Positions 1 to 8,429 of a stretch of 64,000 bases of DNA are shown here, piece by piece; positions within the stretch are counted from its first letter, which is position 1; every line of letters begins with the position of its first letter. Origin of the DNA: Bacteroidia bacterium (GTDB taxonomy: Bacteria > Bacteroidota > Bacteroidia > SXHM01); assembly GCA_050186075.1 (NCBI GenBank), contig JBFWYU010000006.1, positions 77,291 to 141,290 on the forward strand. Direction: 5' to 3'. The translations under genes were made by a program, and so were the position numbers. The notes beneath the pieces were generated by a model, which was given only the letters and a program-made list of their open reading frames with translations, searched no databases and was not told the DNA's origin.

Positions 1-702
1 CAAGGTACAGCAATACCAGGTTTAGATTACAATCAAATTCCTGACAGCATTGTCATTCCTCAGGGACAATTCAGTGAGCAGTTACTTATAGATGCTTTTG
101 TTGACGGAATTCCAGACAGCATTGAAACTATTACGCTTACCATTGATTTTATAAGTGGTTGTGGTGGCGATACGTTGTATGCAACCATTTATATCCAAAG
201 TGTTGATTCAATTAAAGTGGTTAAAGGCGAAGATTACAATATTTGCACGCCAGACGAAACCGCAACGCTTAAAGCAACTGCTACCGGAGGCAACGGGCCG
301 CTCACATTTACCTGGAGTAATGATGCCGGTGTAGGCGATTCAGTAGTGGTTGTGCCGCTTGAAACAACCAAGTATTTTGTAACCGTTACCGATACCTGCG
401 GAAATATTGCCTACTCCGATTCCATTGAAGTGGTGGTGCAATGTGATGTAATTGTTCCAAACATTTTTACGCCTAACGGTGATGGTTTTAACGACACTTT
501 TTTTGTAGAAAACTTAGATCAATATCCGGGTAGTGGAGTAAAAATTTACAATCGCTGGGGACGTAAAGTACATGAAAGCGATGACTACAAAAACGATTGG
601 GATGGAGAGAAATTGGCAGAGGGAACTTATTTTTACGTTCTTTTGGTTTCGGACCCTGAACAAGGCGAGAAAAGAGGACACGTTACTATTTTAAAAAATT
701 AA
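1..702 (+). CDS. 5'-truncated secreted protein ending in a gliding-motility-associated / T9SS type-B C-terminal sorting domain
   Basis: The reading frame is open from position 1, so the true start lies upstream of the window. The last ~90 aa carry the CHU_C / type-B T9SS sorting-domain pattern: VIVPNIFTPNGDGFNDTF, KIYNRWGRKVHE, GTYFYV. Confidence 0.6.
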   Translation, partial: QGTAIPGLDYNQIPDSIVIPQGQFSEQLLIDAFVDGIPDSIETITLTIDFISGCGGDTLYATIYIQSVDSIKVVKGEDYNICTPDETATLKATATGGNGPLTFTWSNDAGVGDSVVVVPLETTKYFVTVTDTCGNIAYSDSIEVVVQCDVIVPNIFTPNGDGFNDTFFVENLDQYPGSGVKIYNRWGRKVHESDDYKNDWDGEKLAEGTYFYVLLVSDPEQGEKRGHVTILKN

Positions 703-714
703 TTACCAACTCAG

Positions 715-1305
715 ATGAATACCTTTAAATCAATTGCTGCGCTTATAGTTTTTTCATTTATTGCAAACGTTGTTTTTGCGCAAAAAAAAGTAAAAGACAC
801 CTACCTGCACAAGAAAAATTACTTAGTTGAAGTTACCATGAAAGGCGGAAAAAAGACTAAAATTTTTTCTGAAGAAATCGGTTTCTCATCAGGCAAAATA
901 AAAACAAAGCACATGATGATGGCTGATAACGGAGGCTTTGTGCAGGGCGATTATGAAGTTACAAAAGCAGACACCACCGGTGAAGCCCGCACATTTGATT
1001 TCAAAGGCTCCATCAAAAATGCCAAAGACGAATACCTTCTTATCAACGGAACTGTATTTGGCGATATGATTGACGGTACCATGACATGGGAAACAGCTAA
1101 ACACAAAGTAAAATCTGAAATGACCTTTACCGGCAGTGCAAAAGAAAAAGGTCAGAAATATGTAGCCGGAGAAAAAACGGTTTCAAATCCTTCGTCAGGA
1201 AGCAAAGCATCTTCAGGTAAAGGTGATACTAAAGCCGGTGATCCTAAAAAATCTAAGGAAGATAAAGATCTGGACGATGAAATTCTGAATGACGATTTAG
1301 AATAA
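715..1305 (+). CDS. hypothetical secreted protein with Lys-rich C-terminus
   Basis: N-terminal signal peptide MNTFKSIAALIVFSFIANVVFAQ. K/D/S-rich low-complexity tail. No recognisable catalytic motif. Confidence 0.4.
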   Translation: MNTFKSIAALIVFSFIANVVFAQKKVKDTYLHKKNYLVEVTMKGGKKTKIFSEEIGFSSGKIKTKHMMMADNGGFVQGDYEVTKADTTGEARTFDFKGSIKNAKDEYLLINGTVFGDMIDGTMTWETAKHKVKSEMTFTGSAKEKGQKYVAGEKTVSNPSSGSKASSGKGDTKAGDPKKSKEDKDLDDEILNDDLE

Positions 1306-1359
1306 CATTCTCCCTGATTTCCAAAATCTCTCAAGCCATCTTCTGCGTCAACAGCATTC

Positions 1360-1550
1360 GGGAGTATTCCCGCGCCTTCTAAACTTCGTCAAGGGCATGT
1401 ACGAGCACTCGGAAGCCTTCTAAAAAGTTTCAAGGGCATTTCCGAGCACTCGGAAGCCTTCTTAAAAGTTTTAAGAACGTTTCCGAGCACTCTGAAGCCT
1501 TCTAAAATATTTTAAGAGCATGTACGAGCACTCGGAAACCTACCCGAACA
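1360..1550. repeat. tandem array of about 4.5 copies of a 41-42-bp unit, each with a 15-bp palindrome TCCGAG-CAC-CTCGGA
   Basis: Direct reading shows ...gagcactcggaagccttct(t)aaaa(g)ttt(t)aag... recurring with ~41-42 bp period at ~1402, 1443, 1484 and 1525. It lies in the intergenic region between the 715..1305 gene and the DUF4856 gene. Confidence 0.7.
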
Positions 1551-1631
1551 CAATAAAGGGCGGTCAAATAGTTTTTGGTCTTAAGCAAAAATTACCTCAT
1601 TTAGGGTATTGCGGAGCTCTTAAGTCAAACC

Positions 1632-1639
1632 TACTTTTG
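1632..1639 (+). promoter_or_regulatory. Bacteroidetes-type -7 promoter box TACTTTTG (TAnnTTTG) upstream of the DUF4856 gene
   Basis: Exact match to the TAnnTTTG consensus, ~45 bp upstream of the ATG at 1684. Confidence 0.35.
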
Positions 1640-1683
1640 TACCCGTTATTTAAAATCATTCTAAACAAAAGATATAACCCCTG

Positions 1684-2781
1684 ATGAAAATATTCTTCTC
1701 ACTTACACAGTTTGCTTTACTTGCCTGCTGTATTATTCTTGTTCAATCGTGCAAAGATGATGACGATGAACCGCAGTATGATGTACCCACTACTTACAAT
1801 TTTACCAATGTATCTTATTCAGGTCAAACAACACGTTTAGATATGATGGTAGAGCTGTTGACCTATATCAAATCAGCAAATCCCGGAGGCGTAACACTGG
1901 ATGCTCAAAAAATGAAAGATATGTTTGCTAATGAAAACAATCAATTCGCAGGTGCCGGCCTTAATACTTCCGGAAAACAATTAAAAGACAAATGCTTTGC
2001 CGCAGATGTTGATATGTATGAAGACTATTTTGAAGCTGCTGCTCTTGCCAGCCAGAGCGGTGCAACCGGTTCTAACGGTGTAGCGGGAATAGTAACCAGC
2101 TCTACTGATGCAACAAAAAAATATTTGCAAAGCGAGAACGGTGTTGAATATGCTCAGGTCATTGAAAAAGGCTTGATGGGTGCTATATTATATTATCAGG
2201 CTGTTGGTCATTACCTGACTGAAGATGAAGTAGGCGATGCTGTTGACAATACAACGGTTACTACAGGTCAGGGTACGCCCATGGAACACCATTGGGATGA
2301 AGCATTCGGCTATTTTGGTGTGCCTGTTGATTTTCCTGTAACTACTACCGGCAGCCGCTACTGGGGCAAATACAGCACCGAAATGGATGCAGTACTTGGC
2401 ACCAATACCATTATTATGAATGCCTTTTTAAAAGGCAGAGCTGCTATTTCAAATAAAGACATGGAAACCAAGAACGAGCAGCTTGTTATTATAACTGAAA
2501 ACTGGGAGCGAATTGCTGCAGGAACTGCTATTCACTATTTGAATGAAGCAAAAGAAGCAATAGGAAATGATGCGGTGCGTAATCATACGTTGAGCGAGTT
2601 TCTTGGATTTTTGAGAGCCTTGCAATACAGCCCTACTAAAAAAATTACCAATACAGAACTGGATCAGGTGCTGGCTCATGTTGGTGATAATTTTTATGAA
2701 GTAACACTTACCGATCTGGATAATGCCCGCAACCTGCTGAGCACCATTTACGGAATGGACGATATAAAAGACATCCTTTAA
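1684..2781 (+). CDS. DUF4856-like lipoprotein (iron-associated cluster member)
   Basis: Lipoprotein signal (LLACCIILVQSC). Size and gene context (directly upstream of imelysin, HTTM and TonB receptor genes) match the conserved Bacteroidetes DUF4856-imelysin-HTTM-TBDR cluster. Confidence 0.5.
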   Translation: MKIFFSLTQFALLACCIILVQSCKDDDDEPQYDVPTTYNFTNVSYSGQTTRLDMMVELLTYIKSANPGGVTLDAQKMKDMFANENNQFAGAGLNTSGKQLKDKCFAADVDMYEDYFEAAALASQSGATGSNGVAGIVTSSTDATKKYLQSENGVEYAQVIEKGLMGAILYYQAVGHYLTEDEVGDAVDNTTVTTGQGTPMEHHWDEAFGYFGVPVDFPVTTTGSRYWGKYSTEMDAVLGTNTIIMNAFLKGRAAISNKDMETKNEQLVIITENWERIAAGTAIHYLNEAKEAIGNDAVRNHTLSEFLGFLRALQYSPTKKITNTELDQVLAHVGDNFYEVTLTDLDNARNLLSTIYGMDDIKDIL

Positions 2782-3902
2782 TGAAACTAAAACAGATTTT
2801 AACTAACACCCTGCAATCCTGCCTTGTGGCGGGATTGCTCGTTTTTTCATCCTGTAATCCGGAAGGAAATAATCAGATGAATTTTGACCGCGCTGCACTG
2901 CTTGAAAATATGGGCAGTAACATTATTATTCCTAATTATACCGACTTATCGGATAAGATGAATTTGCTGCAACAGGCAGCAGCCGATTTTACAGCTGCCC
3001 CCGATAATTCAAAGCTGACAACGCTTCAAACAACATTTAAGAACGCTTATTTAGCATGGCAAAAATGTTCTGCTTATGAATTTGGTCCTGCCATGCAGGT
3101 TTCGTTGCGCATGAGTGTAAATACTTTTCCAACCGATTCGGTGCAGATACAAAGCAACATCACTTCAGGTTCGTATAATCTGGAAGCAGCCAATAACATT
3201 GATGCGCGTGGTTTTCCTGCTCTTGATTATCTGCTGCATAAGCGCAATGAAAACAATGCCGAGGTGTTGGAAAGATTTACAACAAACCCCGAAGCGCAGG
3301 AATGGAAAGAGTATTTAACTGCCTTGATAAGCGACACTAAAAATCTTGTTGATGCCGTGAAAAATAACTGGCAACCTTCAGGCGGAAATTACCTTGCCAC
3401 CTTTATCAGTAATGATGGAACAGATGTAGGAAGTTCATTAGGCGAATTGGTAAACCAACTGAATTATGATTATGAACAATTGAAAAATGCACGTATTGGA
3501 ATTCCTGCCGGTAAGCAAACATTAGGCGTTGCACTTCCCGAAAAATGTGAAGCATATTATGCCGGTTATTCTGTTGAGCTGGCTATTGAACAAATCACTG
3601 CAATCAAAAACCTGTATCTCGGAGCAGGTGATGCAGATGGAGTAGGATTGGATGAATACCTTGTTGCTTTAGATGCAAAACATGGCAGCGGACAACTTTC
3701 GGATGCAATTAAAACGCAGCTTGATCTTGCAACAACTGCGTTACAAAATGTTCCCGACCCATTGTCTGAAACAGTTGTGAGTAATCAGGCTATTGTAAAC
3801 ACTGCTTATACCGAAATTCAGAAAGGTGTTGTATTGCTGAAAACCGATATGCCTTCTGCACTCAGCGTTTTAATTACTTATCAGGATGGTGACGGTGATT
3901 AA
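2781..3902 (+). CDS. imelysin family (Peptidase_M75 / EfeO-like) lipoprotein
   Basis: Lipoprotein signal (LLVFSSCNPEG). Imelysin-like conserved segment GFPALDYLLH (compare GxHAxEYLLW). Start overlaps the stop of the previous gene by 1 nt. Confidence 0.6.
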   Translation: MKLKQILTNTLQSCLVAGLLVFSSCNPEGNNQMNFDRAALLENMGSNIIIPNYTDLSDKMNLLQQAAADFTAAPDNSKLTTLQTTFKNAYLAWQKCSAYEFGPAMQVSLRMSVNTFPTDSVQIQSNITSGSYNLEAANNIDARGFPALDYLLHKRNENNAEVLERFTTNPEAQEWKEYLTALISDTKNLVDAVKNNWQPSGGNYLATFISNDGTDVGSSLGELVNQLNYDYEQLKNARIGIPAGKQTLGVALPEKCEAYYAGYSVELAIEQITAIKNLYLGAGDADGVGLDEYLVALDAKHGSGQLSDAIKTQLDLATTALQNVPDPLSETVVSNQAIVNTAYTEIQKGVVLLKTDMPSALSVLITYQDGDGD

Positions 3903-5286
3903 CAGAATAAAAAAATATATCTCTTCCACCACGCACATCGCCCCTTTGGCGGTGTTTCGTGTTGTTTTCGGAGGGATGATGTTTGCTTCTGTTATGCGTT
4001 TTTGGCTCAACGGATGGATTGAAACGCAATATATTTTACCAAAACTATTTTTCCCTTTTTATGGTTTTGAGTGGATAAAGCCGTTGGGTGAGACAGGTAT
4101 GTATGTAGTATTTGCTGCAATGGCAATTGCTGCACTGTTTGTTATGTTGGGCTTGTTTTACAGATTTTCAGCAACCGCTTTTTTTCTTCTGTTTACCTAC
4201 GTTGAGTTGATTGACAAAAGCAATTACCTCAATCACTATTATTTTGTAAGTATTATTTCGTTGTTGCTCATTCCGGTTCCGGCCAACCGTTATTTTTCAT
4301 TGGATGTTTTGCTTAAGCCATCGCTGTTGGTAACGCAAGTTCCAAGCTGGATGGTTGACATTTTTAAACTGCAATTAGGCATTGTTTATTTTTTTGCAGG
4401 CATCGCAAAGCTTAACTACGATTGGCTTTTTCGTGCTATGCCGCTTGCTATCTGGTTACCTGCAAAATCAAATCTTCCATTAGTTGGCGAGTTGTTGAAT
4501 TACAAATTCACAGCTTATGTGTTCAGTTGGTTTGGTGCTGTCTATGATATTCTTATTCCGTTTTTTCTTTTTAATAAGCAGACAAGAAATGTTGCATATG
4601 TTTTTGTAATTGTATTCCATGCTGCAACAGCTATTGTTTTGCCTGTAATAGGTATGTTCCCTTACATTATGATTTTGGCCACACTGATTTTTTTCCCGCC
4701 TGAATTTCACAATAAACTTATTCAACGCGTTGTTGAATTATTTTCTTTCGGTAAAAAAAATCTGCTCAATTATCGTCACGATATTAGCTTTTCATTTCCC
4801 CGTCCGCTAATCGGAAAGGTGATAATTGCAACATTGTGTATGCATTTTGCTGTTCAACTCATTTTGCCTTTTCGTTATCTGCTTTATCCCGGCAATCTTT
4901 TCTGGACAGAACAGGGCTATCGTTTTTCGTGGCGCGTAATGTTGATGGAAAAAGGTGGTACAGCATTTTTCTATGTGAAAGATTCTGTAACAGGCAAAGA
5001 AAGTGAAGTGGATAATTCCACCTACCTGACGTATCAGCAGCAGAAAATGATGGCCACTCAACCGGATATGATTTTACAGTTTGCACACTTCCTTGCAGCA
5101 GAGTATGAGAAGAAAGGTTATGCAAATCCACAGGTGCGTGCCGAAAGTTATGTAACGCTGAATGGCAGTGGCAGCAAGCCATTTATTAATGGTTCAGTTG
5201 ATTTAACAAAAGAGAAAGAAGGTTTTACTCCAAAAAACTGGGTGCTTCCTTTTGAAGAAACAAAGATGAGTTACGCTGAGAGATGA
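3886..5286 (+). CDS. HTTM domain (vitamin-K-dependent gamma-carboxylase-like) integral membrane protein
   Basis: N-terminal HTTM pattern (IAPLAVFRVVFGGMMFASVMRFW...) and multiple transmembrane segments. Typical partner of imelysin genes. Confidence 0.6.
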   Translation: MVTVINRIKKYISSTTHIAPLAVFRVVFGGMMFASVMRFWLNGWIETQYILPKLFFPFYGFEWIKPLGETGMYVVFAAMAIAALFVMLGLFYRFSATAFFLLFTYVELIDKSNYLNHYYFVSIISLLLIPVPANRYFSLDVLLKPSLLVTQVPSWMVDIFKLQLGIVYFFAGIAKLNYDWLFRAMPLAIWLPAKSNLPLVGELLNYKFTAYVFSWFGAVYDILIPFFLFNKQTRNVAYVFVIVFHAATAIVLPVIGMFPYIMILATLIFFPPEFHNKLIQRVVELFSFGKKNLLNYRHDISFSFPRPLIGKVIIATLCMHFAVQLILPFRYLLYPGNLFWTEQGYRFSWRVMLMEKGGTAFFYVKDSVTGKESEVDNSTYLTYQQQKMMATQPDMILQFAHFLAAEYEKKGYANPQVRAESYVTLNGSGSKPFINGSVDLTKEKEGFTPKNWVLPFEETKMSYAER

Positions 5287-7748
5287 AGTTGGGCAGATTT
5301 CTTTTTTTTATCATTCTACATTTATCATTCTGCATTCTGCATGTGTTTGCCCAGCCCGCACCTTTGCCTGATAACGAGTTTGATGCAGCAGGCTCGGTTT
5401 ACGGAATTATAACCGACAAACAAACGGGCGAACCTGTATTTCTTGCTGAGGTTTTATTGGATAATTCTACTCGCTCAGTTCGCACAGACGAGAAAGGAAT
5501 ATATCATCTCAGGCATTTGAGTTATGGCAGTCATAAGCTGATTTATTTTGCTTACGGCTATGAAAAAGTGGAGCAGTATATTGATATTAAAGACGAAAAA
5601 TTAGAAATCAACATAGCGTTGCAACCTTTAGTAATGGATTTAAAAGATGTGGTTGTAAAAGAAGAAAAAGACAATGACTTTGGTATTACACGTTTAAAAC
5701 CGGTTGACGGGATAGCTATTTATGCCGGTAAAAAATCAGAGGTTGTTTTGTTGGACGATGTAGCTGCAAATCTTGCAACCAATAACAGTCGTCAGGTGTT
5801 TGCAAAAGTTGCAGGCCTTAATATATGGGAAAGCGATGGAGCCGGTTTACAGATTGGCATTGGCGGACGAGGATTAAGTCCCAACCGCACATCTAATTTC
5901 AACACCCGTCAAAATGGTTACGACATCAGTGCTGATGCGTTGGGATATCCCGAAAGTTATTATTCACCGCCAACCGAAGCGTTGGAAAAAATAGAGGTAG
6001 TGCGTGGTGCCGCATCTTTGCAATACGGAACACAGTTTGGCGGCTTCATCAATTTTGTTTTTAAAAAACCAAACCCCACAAAAGCATTTGAAGCTGTGCT
6101 GCGCCAAACTGCCGGTTCATTTGGTTTGTTTAATTCATTCAACAGTATCAGCGGAACAAAGGGAAAGCTTGCATATTACGCCTACTATCAATTCAAGCGC
6201 GGTGACGGATGGCGACCCAATTCAGGTTTTAATAATCATGCTGCCCATGCTTCTGTTGCTTTTCACGCTACTAAAAAATTATCGTTCACGCTGGAGCATA
6301 CCTACATGCACTACCTCGCACAGCAACCCGGTGGATTGACCGATGCAGCATTTGCGCAAGACCCGCGCCAGTCTATTCGCGAGCGCAATTGGTTTCGTGT
6401 GAACTGGAATTTAACTGCGCTGATGGTGGATTATAAATTCAACGACCGGTTAAAACTCAACAGCCGTTTCTTTGGTTTGATTGCAGACCGTGCTGCACTT
6501 GGTTTCTTAGGGCTTATCAGTCGTGCCGACCCGATGGAAGAACGTGATTTGCTTTGGGATAACTATAGAAATTTCGGCAATGAAACCCGTATTATGTATG
6601 GCTATAATTTGCTTGGAAATCACAGTACCTTTCTTGCAGGAGTGCGCTATTATCAGGGCCATACCGACCGCAAACAAGGACTTGCAAACAATGGCAGCGA
6701 GTCTGATTTCTATTATCTGAATCCTGATAACTTAGAACATTCAGCCTATGTTTTTCCAAGCAGAAACATTTCTTTTTTTGCTGAAAATATTTTTGCAGTC
6801 ACTTCTGAATTCAGCGTTACGCCCGGTGTGCGTTATGAATACATCAGCACTTCGTCCGATGGATTTTATAACACAGAATACAAAGATCTTGCAGGTAACA
6901 TAATATATAGTGAACATACAATAGACAAACGCAGCAACAGCCGTGGTTTTGTTTTACTTGGAGCAGGAGCAAGCTATAAACCGACAAGTAGTCTTGAGGT
7001 ATATGGAAATTTTTCACAGAACTACCGCGCCATCACGTTCAGTGATATGCGTATTGTAAACCCCAATTTTCGTGTTGACACTGATTTGCAGGACGAGAAA
7101 GGATACACCACCGACCTTGGTGTTCGCGGAAACATAAACAGGATAGTTAATTTTGATGTAAGTGTATTTATGATTTCATACAAAAATAGAATTGGTGCTG
7201 ATCTGCGTTTGGATAGCAACACCTATGTTGTTTACCGCTATCGTACCAACATTGCTGACTCGCGTAATATGGGTGTTGAGGTTTTTGCCGAACTGGATTT
7301 GCTGAAAATTTTTTCAGGCGCACAATCAAAATCAATGCTGTCGGTTTTTACCAATTGCTCGTTTACAGATGCACGTTATTTTAATAGCAGAGAGGCTGCT
7401 TTCAATGATAAAAAGGTAGAACTGGTTCCAACCTTCACCAATAAATCAGGTATCACTTTCAAGCGCAAAAACTTTCAGGCTACATACCAATTCTCTTATA
7501 CAGGTGAGCAATTCAGTGATGCCACTAATGCCGAGTTCAGCGCCAACGGTGTTTACGGAATTATTCCTGCTTATTACGTTATGGATTTTTCAGTGAACTA
7601 TGCATGGAGGCGTTACAGTTTCTCAGGCGGATTGAACAACATCACCAACAATAAATATTTTACACGCAGGGCCGAGAGTTATCCCGGGCCCGGTATTATT
7701 CCTTCTGATGGCAGAAGTTTTTATATCACCGTAGGCGTGAAGATTTAA
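5283..7748 (+). CDS. TonB-dependent outer-membrane receptor (with N-terminal carboxypeptidase-regulatory-like domain)
   Basis: Signal peptide, CarbopepD_reg-like N-terminus (GIITDKQTGEPVFLAEVLL...TDEKGIYHL), plug and 22-strand barrel-like periodic sequence. 4-nt overlap with the HTTM gene indicates an operon. Confidence 0.7.
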   Translation: MKLGRFLFFIILHLSFCILHVFAQPAPLPDNEFDAAGSVYGIITDKQTGEPVFLAEVLLDNSTRSVRTDEKGIYHLRHLSYGSHKLIYFAYGYEKVEQYIDIKDEKLEINIALQPLVMDLKDVVVKEEKDNDFGITRLKPVDGIAIYAGKKSEVVLLDDVAANLATNNSRQVFAKVAGLNIWESDGAGLQIGIGGRGLSPNRTSNFNTRQNGYDISADALGYPESYYSPPTEALEKIEVVRGAASLQYGTQFGGFINFVFKKPNPTKAFEAVLRQTAGSFGLFNSFNSISGTKGKLAYYAYYQFKRGDGWRPNSGFNNHAAHASVAFHATKKLSFTLEHTYMHYLAQQPGGLTDAAFAQDPRQSIRERNWFRVNWNLTALMVDYKFNDRLKLNSRFFGLIADRAALGFLGLISRADPMEERDLLWDNYRNFGNETRIMYGYNLLGNHSTFLAGVRYYQGHTDRKQGLANNGSESDFYYLNPDNLEHSAYVFPSRNISFFAENIFAVTSEFSVTPGVRYEYISTSSDGFYNTEYKDLAGNIIYSEHTIDKRSNSRGFVLLGAGASYKPTSSLEVYGNFSQNYRAITFSDMRIVNPNFRVDTDLQDEKGYTTDLGVRGNINRIVNFDVSVFMISYKNRIGADLRLDSNTYVVYRYRTNIADSRNMGVEVFAELDLLKIFSGAQSKSMLSVFTNCSFTDARYFNSREAAFNDKKVELVPTFTNKSGITFKRKNFQATYQFSYTGEQFSDATNAEFSANGVYGIIPAYYVMDFSVNYAWRRYSFSGGLNNITNNKYFTRRAESYPGPGIIPSDGRSFYITVGVKI

Positions 7749-7817
7749 CACATTAACAAGATTTTCCTGAGAATATAACCGGATTTTGCTACTACCTAAC
7801 CAGATTTCCGGGGTACC

Positions 7818-7976
7818 TGAACAGGTTTACTGTGAATGTTCACAGGAACTCTGTGAACATTCACAGTAAACCTGTGGACATACACAGAGTTTCTGTGGAC
7901 GTGACAAGTATTCCTGTGGACGCGACTGGATTTTCTGTGAATAAATCAGAAGAATATCTGTGTAATCTGTGACAAC
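7818..7976. promoter_or_regulatory. phased array of eight CTGTG(A/G) motifs at ~21-bp spacing, including an inverted pair of the palindrome TGTGAATGTTCACA
   Basis: CTGTG occurs at ~7829, 7851, 7872, 7893, 7914, 7935, 7958 and 7968. tgtgaatgttcaca and its reverse complement tgtgaacattcaca lie adjacent. The array sits between the TonB receptor stop and the thioesterase promoter. Confidence 0.5.
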
Positions 7977-7982
7977 AACATG

Positions 7983-7990
7983 TACTTTTG
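7983..7990 (+). promoter_or_regulatory. -7 promoter box TACTTTTG followed by GCGCCC, upstream of the thioesterase gene
   Basis: Exact TAnnTTTG match ~20 bp upstream of the ATG at 8010. The same TAnnTTTGCGCCC extension occurs upstream of hppA. Confidence 0.4.
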
Positions 7991-8009
7991 CGCCCGTTAA
8001 ATAAAAATT

Positions 8010-8429
8010 ATGATACCACCTTATAAACACCGCGAACCCATTCAGATTCGTTTTTGTGATACCGACTCATTGGGACATGTAAATAATTCAAATTACCTCT
8101 CTTACATGGAACTTGCCCGTATCGGTTATATCGACAAGGTTTTTGGCAATTCAATTAATTGGGCAGCCGATGGAGTAATTCTTGCAAAAGCTGTTGTTGA
8201 TTTTAAGTTGCCGGTAATGCTTCACGACAAACTGTTTGTCTATATCCGCACCTCGCGCTTGGGCACAAAAAGTTTTGACATAGAATATTTATTCGTTCGC
8301 GAAGTGGATGGTAAGGATGAAGTGGTTTCTTCAGGTTCAACAGTAATGGTTGCATACAATTATGCCCACAACAAAACCATTGAGATTTTATCTGAGTGGC
8401 GAAGAAGAATTGAAGAGTTCGAAAAATAA
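8010..8429 (+). CDS. acyl-CoA thioesterase, 4HBT/YbgC-like hotdog-fold
   Basis: Hotdog thioesterase N-terminal motif IRFCDTDSLGHVNNSNYLSYMELAR. Length 139 aa. Confidence 0.7.
   Translation: MIPPYKHREPIQIRFCDTDSLGHVNNSNYLSYMELARIGYIDKVFGNSINWAADGVILAKAVVDFKLPVMLHDKLFVYIRTSRLGTKSFDIEYLFVREVDGKDEVVSSGSTVMVAYNYAHNKTIEILSEWRRRIEEFEK

Noticed and set aside
5283-7748. Possible truncation of the TonB-dependent receptor, whose C-terminus ends ...ITVGVKI rather than an aromatic residue
   Set aside because: The length (821 aa) and the final beta-strand pattern are intact. A non-aromatic terminal residue occurs in some receptors. There is no frameshift evidence.
7827-8030. 67-aa Cys-rich minus-strand ORF spanning the CTGTG array
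   Set aside because: It is produced by the repeat itself. It would read through the thioesterase promoter and start codon region. No support.
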